Shown here one piece after another: positions 14,296-28,412 of a stretch of DNA of 64,000 nucleotides (position 1 is its first letter; each line of letters begins with the position of its first letter). Under the pieces are notes generated by a model. It saw nothing but the letters and a program-made list of their open reading frames with translations, was not told the origin of the DNA and did not search any database. A program made the translations under genes and the position numbers. The DNA is from Octopus sinensis (Eukaryota), in NCBI RefSeq assembly GCF_006345805.1, contig NC_043013.1, positions 32,798,001-32,862,000 of the forward strand, written 5' to 3'.

Positions 14296-15244
14296 CCCAC
14301 ACCTGCGCGTATGTATATACATGTATATGTACATATATACACCCAAATAATGAGCGAAATATATACTTTGTATATTGATACATGCATAATATCGATAGCC
14401 GCATGGACGATTTTATAGACACAGATATTGAACGATACATTTGACAGAATTTTAAGCTGAAAATATCGAGGAATGACACAAAATACTGTGAAGGTGTTTA
14501 ACGCCATGTCAGTCACTTTAGAGACACTTTGGTCACATTGGTCTGTTATAAGATGAAATGCCTACACGCTCATTTGTAAAAATTAAGATTGGCTAGAGTT
14601 CATGCCTTTTCCAACACCTGTTTCTTTCCTCTGTAACAATATTCATAACCGTAAAACCTGTCTCCGAACTTGTAAAATCATGGTGAAAGCCCAACTAATT
14701 TCGATTCACTAAATTCACTCAAAAGCGCAATATAATAGAATGATTACAAAGTTTCCAAATAAAACGAACTAAGTAAATAATATTAAGATTATTTATTACA
14801 TTTAAACAATATTTTAACTTGCTATCGTTTCCTCTTCTACGCAACTGTTGTAAATATGAGCGTTCGTTCTATAATGCCTCCGAAGAATATAAATTAATTA
14901 TACTTACTGTCTGCTATAACGCTGCAACCTAGTGTACAGGTGAAAAAAAAAAAACATAACAAGATGAATAATAAACACAAAGCCGAACACTAAATAGCGG
15001 AACTGACTCACTGCAGAATAAATAAATAAATGATGAATATTACTCTTTATTTTCCGTTGTGTCTGTTTTTGATTTTGGTCTCTTTTCTCATTACAATTTT
15101 CATTTTTTAACCGATTCATCAAAATTTTCGACGTAGCTTACAGATTCATAGATTCATTTCGTGGTTGGAAAGTTTTTTTGAACAAGTTTCAAGAAGTAAA
15201 AAAAACAAAAAACAAAACAAAACAAAACGAAACAAAACACTTAA

Positions 15245-15275
<31 letters not shown>

Positions 15276-15689
15276 ATGAAGTGCTTGATGTCAAAGAGAA
15301 ATATTGAGGTTTTATAAATCGTTCATAATGTAGAATTGCATAAACAACGGGTTAAAAATTATTATGCACTCACTGTATTAACAACCGTAGCACACACGTA
15401 ACACATATTTAAAAGCTGATACAAGATACTCAGGTGCATCTCTTTGCGCAGACACATACATACACACACACACACAGACGCACACATATACACAGAAACA
15501 CATACGCACTGAGACACATACGCATATTCAAAGAAACACATACACACACACACAAACGCTAGCTCACACACAAGGACAGACACATACACAAACAAACACA
15601 CACATAAACACAGAAATGCGTGCACAAAAAGACACATACATATACAGACACATACAAACAGAAATTAACAAAATCAAACAAAATACTCA

Positions 15690-16130
15690 TCTACAAAGAT
15701 GTACAAACGCACATATGCACGTATACACACACAGAACCCTACATCTGCGCATATACACACACAGAACCGTACATATGCACGTATACACCCAGAGCCGTAC
15801 ATATGCACATATACACATACAAAGCCGTACATATGCACGTATACACACACAGAGCCATATATATGCACGTATACACACACAGAACCGTACATCTGCACGT
15901 ATACACACAGAGCCGTACATATGCTCGTATACACACACAGAGACGTACATTTGCGCGTATACACACAGAGAACCGTACATATGCACGTATACACACAAAA
16001 CACACACACATTGAACCGTAAATATACACGTATACACACAGAGCCGTAGATATGCACGTATACACACAAAACATACACACACAGAGCCGTACATATACGC
16101 GTATACACACACGCATACACATATACGCTG
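15690..16130. repeat. About 30-bp minisatellite (AGAGCCGTACATATGCACGTATACACACAC), roughly 12-14 units
   Basis: Direct reading of repeated units. Confidence 0.9.
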
Positions 16131-16785
16131 GAAATGAATTATTAACTCTTATGGCATAAATAAATTGGGAATTTCTGTCAGTTGAAAATCACTGAATTTT
16201 TCTTTTTATGATTCCTTCTAATTTAATCTAATTTCATTTTTACATATTTTGCGTAGTTTGTATTGCGCAAAGAAGTAAAACACTTTATTATTCATTAACA
16301 TCATAACTTGAAACTTATCCAAAACTTATCCAAAACGATGAATCATCTGAAGCGCCCTTTGCCTCCCACCTCCTCAGATATACTCACACACTCTAACATA
16401 CACCTGTAAACACTCTACACAGACACAGTAACACATAGTATACGCATAAGTTTCCCTGAGTTCAAAGAAAAACAAATATTCATGCATATATATATGTGTA
16501 TGTTTATGCGTGTGTGTGTGTGTAAGTGGCGTGAAGTTTGTGTATGTGACATTTAATAGAACCGTTAAATAGTTACACTAAGGACTGACAATATGGCTGC
16601 TTACAACGTAATTCATAAAGTTTATACAAATTGTTCCCAAATTGTGCCAACATTTCAACCTGGATAAGTGACATATTCATAGCAAGGAAAAATAAAACAC
16701 ATAGTAATAAGCCTAAGAATGTTATAGTGTTGAAGTATGCATATGACATCTTGAGATAAACGAACAGATCATATGCACTATAGTT

Positions 16786-17640
16786 CTTTTCTGCAATCGG
16801 ACCTGGACACAATGCATTAATGGATTACTGACTGGAAACTGAAGCTGGCTGTGAACAAATGCGTCACTATGCATTTTGGGAGGAAAAACCCATCTTTTAC
16901 ATACTCCCTCAACAACACCAATCTTAAGAAATCTGTTAGTGAACATGATCTGGGTATTGTTGTAAACAGCGATCTGTGTTGGTCTAATCACATCTCGAAG
17001 ATTGTCAAGAAGGCTGACGGTGTCCTGGCATCATTCAGTAAGACCTTTGTTAGCCGCTCTACAGCTTTCTATTTAAAACTGTATAAGACTATGGTACGTC
17101 CACACGTAGAGTTTGTATCACCGGTACGGAATTCCTATCTGGCTCAGCAAATCAATCTCCTGGAAACTGTTCAGAAACGTGAAACTAAACGGATATCCGC
17201 AGTCATGCACCTACTGTACTCTGAACGCCTGGCTGCTCTGGGAATGGACACATTAAAGCTCCAGCCTCTGGTAACTGACTTGGTAGACACCCTCAAGATT
17301 ATCCACCATCTTTCCAACAACAACCTTAGGCACCTTTTTGAATGCCATATATCAAACACTCATGGACATGCTTACAAAATAAAAAAAAAACACTGTATCC
17401 ATGACCTTGGGAAACAGATTTTCACGCTCAGAATTGTTGAAGCATGGAATGGACTACCTGCATCAGTTGTTAGCTGTCGAAACACTACATCCTTCAAAAC
17501 TTCCATGCGTCCTGAAATGCACAAACAGTATACCTAGTGCCTTTTTTTTGTTGTGGTGCACCTGAACACTGTACACAACAATTTCATTATTATATATATG
17601 AGAAAATAAAAAATGAAATTACGTGGGTTCACATGATAAA
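16786..17640 (+). mobile_element. 5'-truncated CR1/L2-group LINE (RT C-terminus plus 3' UTR), pseudogenised
   Basis: LQSDLDTMH*WITDWKLKLAVNKCVTMHFG...HDLGIVV...YKTMVRPHVEF...LETVQKR...IVEAWNGLP are typical CR1/L2/Jockey-group RT-end motifs; in-frame stop upstream of the tracked ORF. Confidence 0.9.
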
Positions 17641-18274
17641 AAACCGCCCAACTAAAGGTATCTAGCTTCGGTGTAGTGTGAACTGGAACATATTTCTTCA
17701 CTGCAAGAGGCACCCAGTGCATATATGTAATCGTCTTAGTGTCCTTGTTTGCCTATGTCTGGACTAGCAATATGATTTGTGTCTTACCTATTCATTCAGT
17801 TTCCATCCGTAGTGCCGAAGAAAGCGACGCAAATTTTCTATAATTCATTACTGCTGTGTATTATCTCACATTTGGTGGTCCATAAAGGACTATCGGCGCA
17901 TTTAGCGAGGTACAATTCTATTGTCTTTCTTTGGAGTTAAAGTTTTCTAATCTAGAACAAATTGTATTTCCTACCTAATCGTGGTGAGTTGAATTTGGTT
18001 CAGCTGAGAGCTCAGTTTTACAATATCAAGATCAGATCATAAATCGCTGCTGGTCCCTAAACTATCCTCTCAACCATCCACATGTAGACACGTATAAAAT
18101 ACGTGTGTGTATGGATATGTAAAGAGAGATATATATGAATGTATATCGGATAAGGGACAGAACAAGAAGATGAGAGAGAGGTTTTGCATTCGTGCAAGGT
18201 TCATATCTTTATACTTACCTATTTAGTTATTGCAGTTGCTTCTCTCTCTCTCTCTCTCTCTCTTACAAATATTG

Positions 18275-18325
<51 letters not shown>

Positions 18326-18717
18326 TAATTAAGGGCTAAAGAGGGTTATTCTAAAGCCAAATACACTGTTTTATCCACTTATAATCCGCTTGTTACAGGA
18401 AAATTGAAACTGAAAACGGGCAACTAACCTTTAGAAAATTTAAATTTCGTTATCTCTATATTGAATCAATTTCGGACTTAATCATATAAAAAAAGATATA
18501 TTCCTTCTTCAGTAGAAATTTCGATGGGATATAAATAAAATACTCACGTATGATCATGGAAAAAGCACAAGCTAAAAACAAAACTACACTTGAGTACATC
18601 ATTTATATCTAAAAATAAAAATTCTTTGGTCAGCCTCAGAAAACAACGTCCAGACCTTTCGCCGTTACAAATTGTAATGGTTACCAGTCCTCCTGTAGCA
18701 AGCATCGAGTTTACTAC

Positions 18718-18873
18718 TAAGCAATATAGGATGAAGTCCCTTACTCTACAGCCAAGGAATTCATCAGGAAGCGTGGGCAGTATATGCAACCGTAACGGTT
18801 TTTTTAAATATACTGCCCACGCTTCCTGATGAATTCCTTGGCTGTAGAGTAAGGGACTTCATCCTATATTGCT

Positions 18874-18875
<2 letters not shown>
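18718..18875. repeat. Perfect 68-bp inverted repeat with 22-nt spacer
   Basis: 18718-18785 is the exact reverse complement of 18808-18875 (checked base by base). Confidence 0.95.
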
Positions 18876-18906
<31 letters not shown>

Positions 18907-18999
18907 TATAATATATATATTATATATATATATACATATATATACATATATATGCATATATATATATGTATATATATATTATATATATATATATATATC

Positions 19000-19039
<40 letters not shown>

Positions 19040-19114
19040 TAGGTGCTCATACACATATAAATATATATGCATATACATATGTGTGTAATATACATACAGA
19101 AGCACAGGAATATA

Positions 19115-19170
<56 letters not shown>

Positions 19171-19195
19171 CGAATACATATATATATATATATAC

Positions 19196-19244
<49 letters not shown>

Positions 19245-19469
19245 CTTGTATGTATGTATATATGCATATGCGTATATAATTTCAGACGTACTGTCTTACA
19301 TATACGTATGTACATATATATGAGTAAGCGTATACACGTGCGTATGTATATATTTAAACTTCTGTGCTCGATTAGGTGTTTCTGTGTGTGGGTGCGTGCG
19401 TGCGTGGTCATGTGCATGTGCAAGAGCGTGTATTTCGAATAAGGCATGAATGAACGGCTTAGCAACCCG

Positions 19470-19532
19470 AACCAATTAGAGCAAGGTAAGAGCCAATCAA
19501 AACAGCGTTAAGATGAAATCAGCTCATTGGTC
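19470..19532. promoter_or_regulatory. Cluster of three CCAAT boxes (possible NF-Y element)
   Basis: aaCCAATta, agCCAATca and reverse gaCCAATga within about 60 bp of unique sequence. Confidence 0.3.
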
Positions 19533-20830
19533 AAAGTTTAAGACAAATTAATTTGTAACATATGGTCTGTGAGTGTAGTGGATAATAATTATTCTTCTGC
19601 CTCACCTTATCTGTGCTGGAATCTTTAAATTCTTACCTTATCCTAAACCATAGCATAAGTGTTAGTTGGTTCTTGCACAATTTAACACACAAATATATGC
19701 ACACTTCAATAACTCTGCGAAATGTTTCACAATCTAATAAGTACCATTATGGCGGACTCCACGATCTGGAAGCAACAGATAAATAAGCGAATGGTGTTAC
19801 TTAGTTTTAACTCTTTCTAGCATGTCAAAAATTAATATCGTATTACTTTTAAATGAAAGTTTCGATTTATTGCAACTCATATCGTTCGGAATTGCAGGAA
19901 GTTTGAAGTACCACAAATATTTTTTTTTTTTTACCGCTAGGACTTCATATTGTCAAGTACCTTAGAATATCTGGTACTCCTCGGTACTTGAAAATATACA
20001 CTACTATTGAAGAAAGTGCGGTTGAAAGAAGTACCTCGAGAACCCCAGACAAAATAGCGTTCAGTATTTAGTTACATATCTTTATGTCCTGTGTTCAAAT
20101 GCGGCCAAGTTTGAGCTAAACTTTAATTATTCCGGGTTCGATAAATTATGCAGCAGTGAAATACCAGTGCAGTACCAGTTCGAAATTGACTAGGCATTCT
20201 TAATATTTATGGTATAGTGCTAAATTTTGAAATTGTATCTATTAGTACAAATGAGCAGTGGTGTAGTAGAGACGTAAGAATAAAATGTATTATTGAATTA
20301 AGTCGTGTCTCTTTTTTCTTTGTTCTTTTTTTTTTAGTGAAAGCGGAGAATTGCTAAAATCGTTTGAGCACCGGAGTAAAATACTTGGAGTATTTGTTCC
20401 GGCTTTTTATAATTCTGTGTTCAAATCCAGCAGAATTTTCCTTAATTTTGGTAATATATTATCATGAGACTAGTCAGAAAGAAGTGAACCAGTATTTCCT
20501 CATGGGTAGTTGTACGTTATTCCCTTTAGCATAATTACTTTGTGAAGTTTAAGATTAAAATAATAAATAACAACTCCGAAGTTTCAAGAGATGACAAGTT
20601 TATAGCAAAGTACTTCTAGTATTACTAACATCAAACGCATCATTAAAAAAACTGAGTCAAAAAGATGACTGTTCTTTATAAATTTTACCCAACCTCATAG
20701 TTTTCGAAATGAGAGTTGAATTTCCACTGGTACTATAATGATATTTATTATATCATAGAGTAATATTTATTGTATCATACAAGCTGTTGACTTTTGTTTG
20801 TTATAAATGAAATCAAGATCTGTTGTTCAG

Positions 20831-20945
20831 TAGAATTATGTTACTGTGTGGCCAAACCCTGTCACCGATCAACAGTATAAATTTACTTATACCCGGGCAG
20901 CAGAGACAAACGTATTCGTACTTAGAATTGTTGCTCCAGAATGAG
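20831..20945 (+). other. Candidate internal exon (115 nt)
   Basis: ttgttcag acceptor, GAG|gtaaat donor, open frame RIMLLCGQTLSP...LELLLQNE; no recognised homology. Confidence 0.2.
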
Positions 20946-21693
20946 GTAAATCTGGGATGCTTCTGTCGTTAGATAGAATATCTTGTAAAATTCACCCGAA
21001 AAATCTTCTCTTCCTCCTCCTTTTTAATACAAATTATTTTATATCATTTATATTTTCGGAATAGCAGAGATATTTTATTGTTTAATGAATAATTCATTGT
21101 TAAATAATTTATTGTCATTGTTCACCGTGTGAACTTTCGGGTATTATATTTGCGAATAGGATTATCCCCTTTCCCCAGCCTTCGGTATTAACCATCAATA
21201 TTAAGCATGACGTAAAGGCTGAAATATAGTTAATGTTAAATATTCTATATTGCCGTTTTCTTCCGTCATACATGTTTTTTTCCACCCATCATCTACATTC
21301 GCAGTTTCGATACTTTTATTACTCATCAGTACATATTCACAAAATGCATGACTGTGAGGTAGAGTTCGGTTATGATAAACAACAAAATAAAGAACTGAAG
21401 CAGTGGTGCGAGCCGAATTATTCTTAACCCATTAAGCCGGGCAAATTACTAAAATCTAAATTCTTGTCAGTATGAGGACCATTTCCGACTGGTAATATAT
21501 GTTATGGGGTAAAAGTAGTTTACTTTGTAGTTATGTCTCGTCTCTGGTTGAGGCATTGATTGCTTATTTTTGAAAATAGGAAGGACGACCTACGTCCAAT
21601 GGATTTGTGTTCTATATTGATAAGATAAAGATATCCCAAATATAATACAGGATGTTAATCTTTAACCGAATTTGAGGTTTCGCGAAATACTTA

Positions 21694-22284
21694 TATTCTT
21701 TTGTATTCTAAGCATAAGGCCCGAAATCTTTGAGGAGGTGTTCAGTCACTTAGATCGACCCCAGTTTTCAAATGGTATTTATTTTATCGACCCCGAAAGG
21801 ATGAAGGCAAAGTCGACCTCAGCGGAATTTAAACTCAGAAGGTAAAGATAAATGAAATACCGCTAAGCATTTCGCCCGGCGTGCTAACGTTTCTTATTTC
21901 TTTATTGCTCACAAGGAGCTACACACAGAGGGGACAAACAAGGGCAGACAAACGGATTAAGCCGATTATATCGATCTCAGTGCGTAACTGGTATTTATTT
22001 AATAGTCAACCTCGGCGGAATTTGAACTCAGAACGTAGCGGCAGACGAAATACCTATTTCTTTACTACACACAAGGAGCTAAACACAGAGAGGACAAGCA
22101 AGGACAGACAAATGGATTAAGTCGATTACATCGACACCAGTGCGTAACTGGTACTTACTTATTTAATCGACCCCGAAAAGATGAAAGGCAAAGTCGACCT
22201 CGGCGGAATTTGAACTCAGAGGCAGACGAAATACCACTAAACATTACAACCGGCGTGCAAACGATTCTGCCAGCTCGCCACCTT
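21694..22284 (-). mobile_element. Trimeric family-A SINE; two units carry the alternative (Tx1-like) tail
   Basis: Units 22055-22284, 21895-22054 and 21694-21894; junctions GAAATA|GGTATTTC and GAAATA|AGAAACGTTAGC. Confidence 0.85.
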
Positions 22285-22997
22285 AGAATATACTTATATC
22301 AAACAGTAAATGATTACAAATATAACGAATCGAATCTAACAGTAGAAACTTAGCCCATCTATCGTATGTTTGAGCCCTAGCGCTAAACCCAGCTTCAGTG
22401 TTCGATTAGTTAAATATATCCTGCCTTGTAGCAGACTCTGTTTACAGACAGATCGCTGCAACATGATCCATAACCTTCTTCTCCTTTCTTCTGTTGGAAA
22501 TCTCTATGACCTGGCCGCACTACGGCTTTCTGGTAATCACAAATCAATATCAGCCTGTCGAATATTTAATTCCGTTCTTGTGAACACACACACACACACA
22601 CACACAAACAAACACACACACAAACACACACACACATACACACACGTACGCACGCAGACACGCAGGCACGCATACACACGCTCGCACGCACGCACACACA
22701 CACACACACTCACATACGCACACACAGATGCACATGCACACAGAGCCATCGTAGAACAGAATAAATAGAACCCAGTACAAGAGTATATGTATATTAATAG
22801 TTTCACCGCCTGAACTTCTAAAGTGACCCAACCCGAGTCTTTCGTGAGAGGCACGAGTCAAACTGTTGATGCCAGACATGAAACACTCGGCCCTTGAGTC
22901 ACTTTTTAAATTCTTCCTATTAAAAGTAACAAAACAAAGAAGAAGAAGAAGTAGAAGAAGTAGGAGGAGGAGGAGGAGGAGGAGAAGAAGAAAAAGA

Positions 22998-23032
<35 letters not shown>

Positions 23033-23033
<1 letters not shown>

Positions 23034-23587
23034 TCAAACTGACAGAAAGATAGATGCAAATAGGCCAGACATCATATTGAAAGACTTCAAACAAAGAACA
23101 TGCCTCCTCATTGATATGACTGTCCCAATCGATATAAACGTATCTGTCAAGACCTACCAAAAACTGAGCAAATATAAAGATCTTGAAATAGAAATCAGCA
23201 AAATGTGGAACCTGAAGACTAAAACAATACCTGTTGTCATAGGTGCCCTGGGAATGATAGCAAAAGGGGCTGATAGCTACCTAACTCAGATACCAGGAAA
23301 CCCCAAAATGGCAGAAATTCAAAAGATAGTGCTCATGGGAACTGCTCATATCCTACGCAAAATACTTTCTATGTAATCTCAGGGTTTAAAACAAACATAA
23401 TTTTCGGTTTTTTAAAAAAATTTTTGTTTTTAGACATTCATTAGTACAACACCAAAAATTCTCCCCCCCAAATATATGGCACGCTAGGCATAACAACAAT
23501 ATGAACTTCCAACCTGTTGTCTCTTGAGGTCTCTGGGTGAGACTTGGAGCCAACTTGTACAAATATAAAGCAAAAGTCAAACATAGA

Positions 23588-23590
<3 letters not shown>
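23033..23590 (+). mobile_element. 5'-truncated R4/Dong-clade non-LTR retrotransposon (REL endonuclease end plus 3' UTR), family 1
   Basis: [18 protein letters not shown]...LLIDMTVP...KLSKYKDL...PVVIGALG is a PD-(D/E)xK restriction-like endonuclease; (TAA)n on both sides. Confidence 0.9.
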
Positions 23591-23660
<70 letters not shown>

Positions 23661-23661
<1 letters not shown>

Positions 23662-23977
23662 TATGGAGAAACTCTCAAAATACAAAGACCTGGAAATAGA
23701 GGTAACTAGAATGTGGAATCTGAAAACAGAAACAATTCCTATCATAGTAGGTGCATTAGGCATGATAAAAAAATATTCAGACAAATACATAACAAAAACA
23801 CCAGGACTTACAAACACATATAACATACAGAAAATTGCACTACTAGGCACTGCACACATCCTACGCAGAACACTTTCCATACAATAACCATCAGAGCATC
23901 ACAACAAATCACAGCACATACCCAAGCACACAGAGCTGTGCTCGGTAGTGAAGTGAAAGCACGCTATAAAAATAAAA
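23661..23977 (+). mobile_element. 5'-truncated R4/Dong element, family 2
   Basis: MEKLSKYKDLEIEVTRMWNL...IIVGALG; 3' UTR nearly identical to the 30822 copy; (TAA)n flanks. Confidence 0.9.
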
Positions 23978-23987
23978 CTACTGAATG

Positions 23988-24033
<46 letters not shown>

Positions 24034-24039
24034 GAATAA

Positions 24040-24070
<31 letters not shown>

Positions 24071-24110
24071 AAGAAAAAGAAGAAGAGGAAAAACAACAGC
24101 AAGACCAATG

Positions 24111-24316
24111 ATGGTTTCAAATCTTGGTGGAAAGCCAGAAATTTTGGGGAGGGAGTAAGTCGAGTACACTGACTCCTATGCTCAACTGGTACTTATTTTA
24201 TCGGCACCGAAAGGAGAAGAGCAGAGAGTCGATCTCAGTGGAATTTGAACACACAACGCAAAGACGGACGAAGTTTCGCTAAGTATTTTTTCCCCGCGTG
24301 CTAACGATTCTGCCTG
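24111..24316 (-). mobile_element. Degenerate family-A SINE
   Basis: Homology to other copies. Confidence 0.75.
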
Positions 24317-24516
24317 TTATGATAATATTAATAATAATAATAATAATAATAATGATGATGATGATGATGATGATGATAATGATAATTTCATTCACATATA
24401 AATAGAGCAATATTCGTGACATCGAATTCAGATGAAACAATGTAAATTGATGTAATAAAAACAGTTGCTCACACTATTCTTGTTTACATACATACATACA
24501 CACACATATACAAATG

Positions 24517-24613
<97 letters not shown>

Positions 24614-25455
24614 GCATGCGTGTGCGTCTACATGTTATGCATATATATGCACATATGTGTGTGCATGTATGTATGCACACAACCACATATTTATGTAAAT
24701 GTAGCGCATGGAGAAATCGGTTCCTACGCATTAATACTACTAACCAAACAAAAAATACGCCGGACTTTCTGCAAATAAATTTTCACCAAAATAACAGATA
24801 CATTTCTCTCATAGTTGCTACGTTAAACTATTATATAATATATTAATAGTATATTATATTCAATCATATCGCTTTACAAGATGTTGTATATGTATTAGTA
24901 AATGGATGTATTATCAATGCGCATTCCTAATGTGAAGCATGGCTCTTAATAGCTGGTCGCTCACCTAACTATTCAATATAGGCAACGCGCGATAGAGAAC
25001 TTCAGAGATGGACAAGAGTAAATTCAGTGAAGGGAGATAATGAAATAAGATAGAGACATGGACAAAAGCGAAGAAGAATACATAAATATGAACAAATAAT
25101 AAAAATAAATGACAAAGATGAAGAGTCGAGTTTGTGTGTAAAGCAAATGGAGATTACTGAAGGAGAAAGATTTGTTTGGTGCGAGTGTTAAGCACTTATA
25201 TATTTCGAGGATTTATCGCACTAAATTCTCCTGTAAAAATGTTTTTCATAAGAATGCACTGTTCAATATCTGATAATGTGTATGTATGTATGTATGCATG
25301 CATGTATGTATGCTCATATGCCTGTATGTATATATATATATATATATATGTATGTATATGTGTGTGTATATGTATATATATTCGTTTATATGTATGTATT
25401 TTTATATGTATCTGTATATATATACATATATATATGTATATATAGATATATATAT

Positions 25456-25503
<48 letters not shown>

Positions 25504-25566
25504 GTATGTATATATATATATACATACATACATACATATATACACATACATACATGCATACATACA

Positions 25567-25673
<107 letters not shown>

Positions 25674-26735
25674 GAAATGTTCAAATGAAACATTTGTTAT
25701 GGATTGCTACCGAAAATAGATAACTAATTTCTCAAATTCCAGCAAATTCCAAATTCTTCTTTCTTCTTTCTTCTTTTCCTCTCTTTTGTTTTCTTTCGTT
25801 ATTTATGCGTACATTTGCTCTCGTTTGTTTTACTATCGCTTTCGCTTTTACTTTCATTTTCGACTGTTTATCATTTATTGACTGATAAAACGTCAGACAA
25901 ACACCATCATTTCTAATATCTGCTTTTCTACAGCAAAAATGGCCGATGATATGAAAGAGGAGGCTACGCCAATAGCGGTGGTATTGGAGGCTGGTAATGA
26001 TGTATATCATAGTCATCATTATTGTTGTTGTCATTGTCGTTGTCGTGGGGGTGGGGACGTGAATGGTGATGCCTAGAGTAGCGGTCGCAGTAGTGGAATT
26101 CGTTCGCTGATTGTTGTTGGTGGTAAAGGTGTCACGGCTAATTTTAAGTAATTTTGTTGGGCAGTTATATCTGGATATCTCAAATGCTTTACCGCGTTTT
26201 CCAATACATATATGCCTACATGCATATATACATACATACATACATACATACATACATACATACATACATACATACATACATACATACATACATAATACAT
26301 ATATAAGATAAATGCATATTGCATACATATATATATATATGTATGTATATATATATAAATAACCGTGTGTGTATGCGTGCATGTATATCACAAACTCACA
26401 GGCAGAAAGTTTGTTCGAAGAAGCGGGAATAGTGACTCATATCAAATAACATTAGTGCCGTCGAATCTAAGTTATTTTTCCGGAAAACTAACTTCTAAAT
26501 TTATGACTTTCTATGAAAACGTCGAATTATTACCGGTTACACAGTGAGTGTATCGTAATTACGAAAAGTTACTGAAATATTCCTTCCACCTCTATCATTG
26601 CAGCACCAAACCACTCTTCTGCCCTTCTACACCCAAACCACACATTTCATCCTTCAGTCTCCCTCTTCAGCGTGATTCTTTCATATACTTTCAGATATAT
26701 ATATATATGTATATAAACACATATATACATGCACA

Positions 26736-26803
<68 letters not shown>

Positions 26804-26939
26804 GTGTGTGTGTGTGTATACACTTATGCATACACATACACACACATATATATATAAATGTATATACATGTATCTATATGTGTGGGTATGTTTGTGTACA
26901 CATATATATGCATATACTAAATACCTGTATATATATAAC

Positions 26940-26977
<38 letters not shown>

Positions 26978-27910
26978 AGTAACTACACACATACAGGTAT
27001 ATATATATATATATATATACATTTAAATATCTATCTATATACACATGTTTACATGTATATAAATGTATTATATAGAAATATGCATATATCCACACACACG
27101 CATATATAAGTACCTATACACATACAAGTGTATATATATATATATATATGTATATATATTTGGGCATATATTTTTGCATTTATGTATATATTTGTATATA
27201 TATATGTATCCATACATGAGATACATAAAACACACAAGATATACACATGAATAATTATATTGATATAAATATACACAGATGCACACACTTAGCTGCAGAG
27301 TGTAAACTAATGCGACCTTTCTTTTTCTCTAGCCTCTTTTCTCGTACATCTGTCAATTGCACGGTATTTAGTAGCCCTTCTCAGCGAGCTGAGCAATTAC
27401 GATAAGGCTTCTTACCTTAACTAACTGATCTCTCTTTCTCATGGCCTTTTACACAATTTCTGCTACATCAATTCGAAGAATTCAACGAAGAAAATTTCTT
27501 TTCCCCGATGTCCAATGATCCCAGCATGCATTCTGGCATTTTAGAATTTATGGAGGATTGATATTTTCCAATTTTTATTTTACGTTGTGTTTATGTCACT
27601 CGACTTGGGCAAAATGGAGGAATTTGGCGTCAGATGATAATTGGTTGCGAACTTATATTATTGACTTTTGGACTTTAGCAAAAGACTTTGGTCTGCAATA
27701 AAATTATGTTGCTTTTCTACTGTAAAATCTTTCCTCACTGAAAGGAAACCCAAACTTCAAAGCTGAACAGAGATTTTGGTCATAAAATTTTTCATCAGCA
27801 AACAACGAATTTCGCTTCCACCGCCCGGTGATTTGTAATACACAGGCATTCATGGCAATGAAAAAATTCTTATAATGATGATGTTGAGGATAGTAACAAC
27901 AATACCGATA

Positions 27911-28000
<90 letters not shown>

Positions 28001-28011
28001 TAATAATAATA

Positions 28012-28412
28012 GCGGTCTCAAATTTTGTCACAAAGGCAGCAGTTTTGGGGGAGGGAAGGAGTCGATTAGATCGATCCCAGTGTTCAACTGGTACTTATTT
28101 TATCGACCTCTAAAGAATGAAAGGTAAAGTCGGCCTGCAAAGGACGAAATATCGCAAAGCATATTACCCGGGGCGTGCTAGCGATTCTGCCAGCTCGCCG
28201 TCTTACTCCTCCTCCTATTACTACTACTACTACTACTACGACGACGACTACTTTCTATTATAGGCGCACAGCCTGAAATTTCCATCGCTACTTATTTTAT
28301 TGACAACGAAAGGATGGAAGGCAAAATCGACCTCAGCGGAATTTGAACTTAGAACGCATAGATGGACGCAATCCTCGGTGCAGTAACAACTCAGCCAGTT
28401 CGCTGCCTTCTC
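28012..28412 (-). mobile_element. Two tandem family-A SINEs
   Basis: About 28012-28205 and 28255-28412, same orientation, separated by an (ACT)n tract. Confidence 0.8.

Noticed and set aside
15690-16130. CRISPR-like regular repeats
   Set aside because: No unique spacers; eukaryotic minisatellite with no cas genes
18826-18865. CTGATGA plus stem as a hammerhead
   Set aside because: No GAAA after stem II
27335-27530. Strong acceptor at about 27342 and minus-strand donor at about 27415
   Set aside because: No partner site giving a convincing open exon
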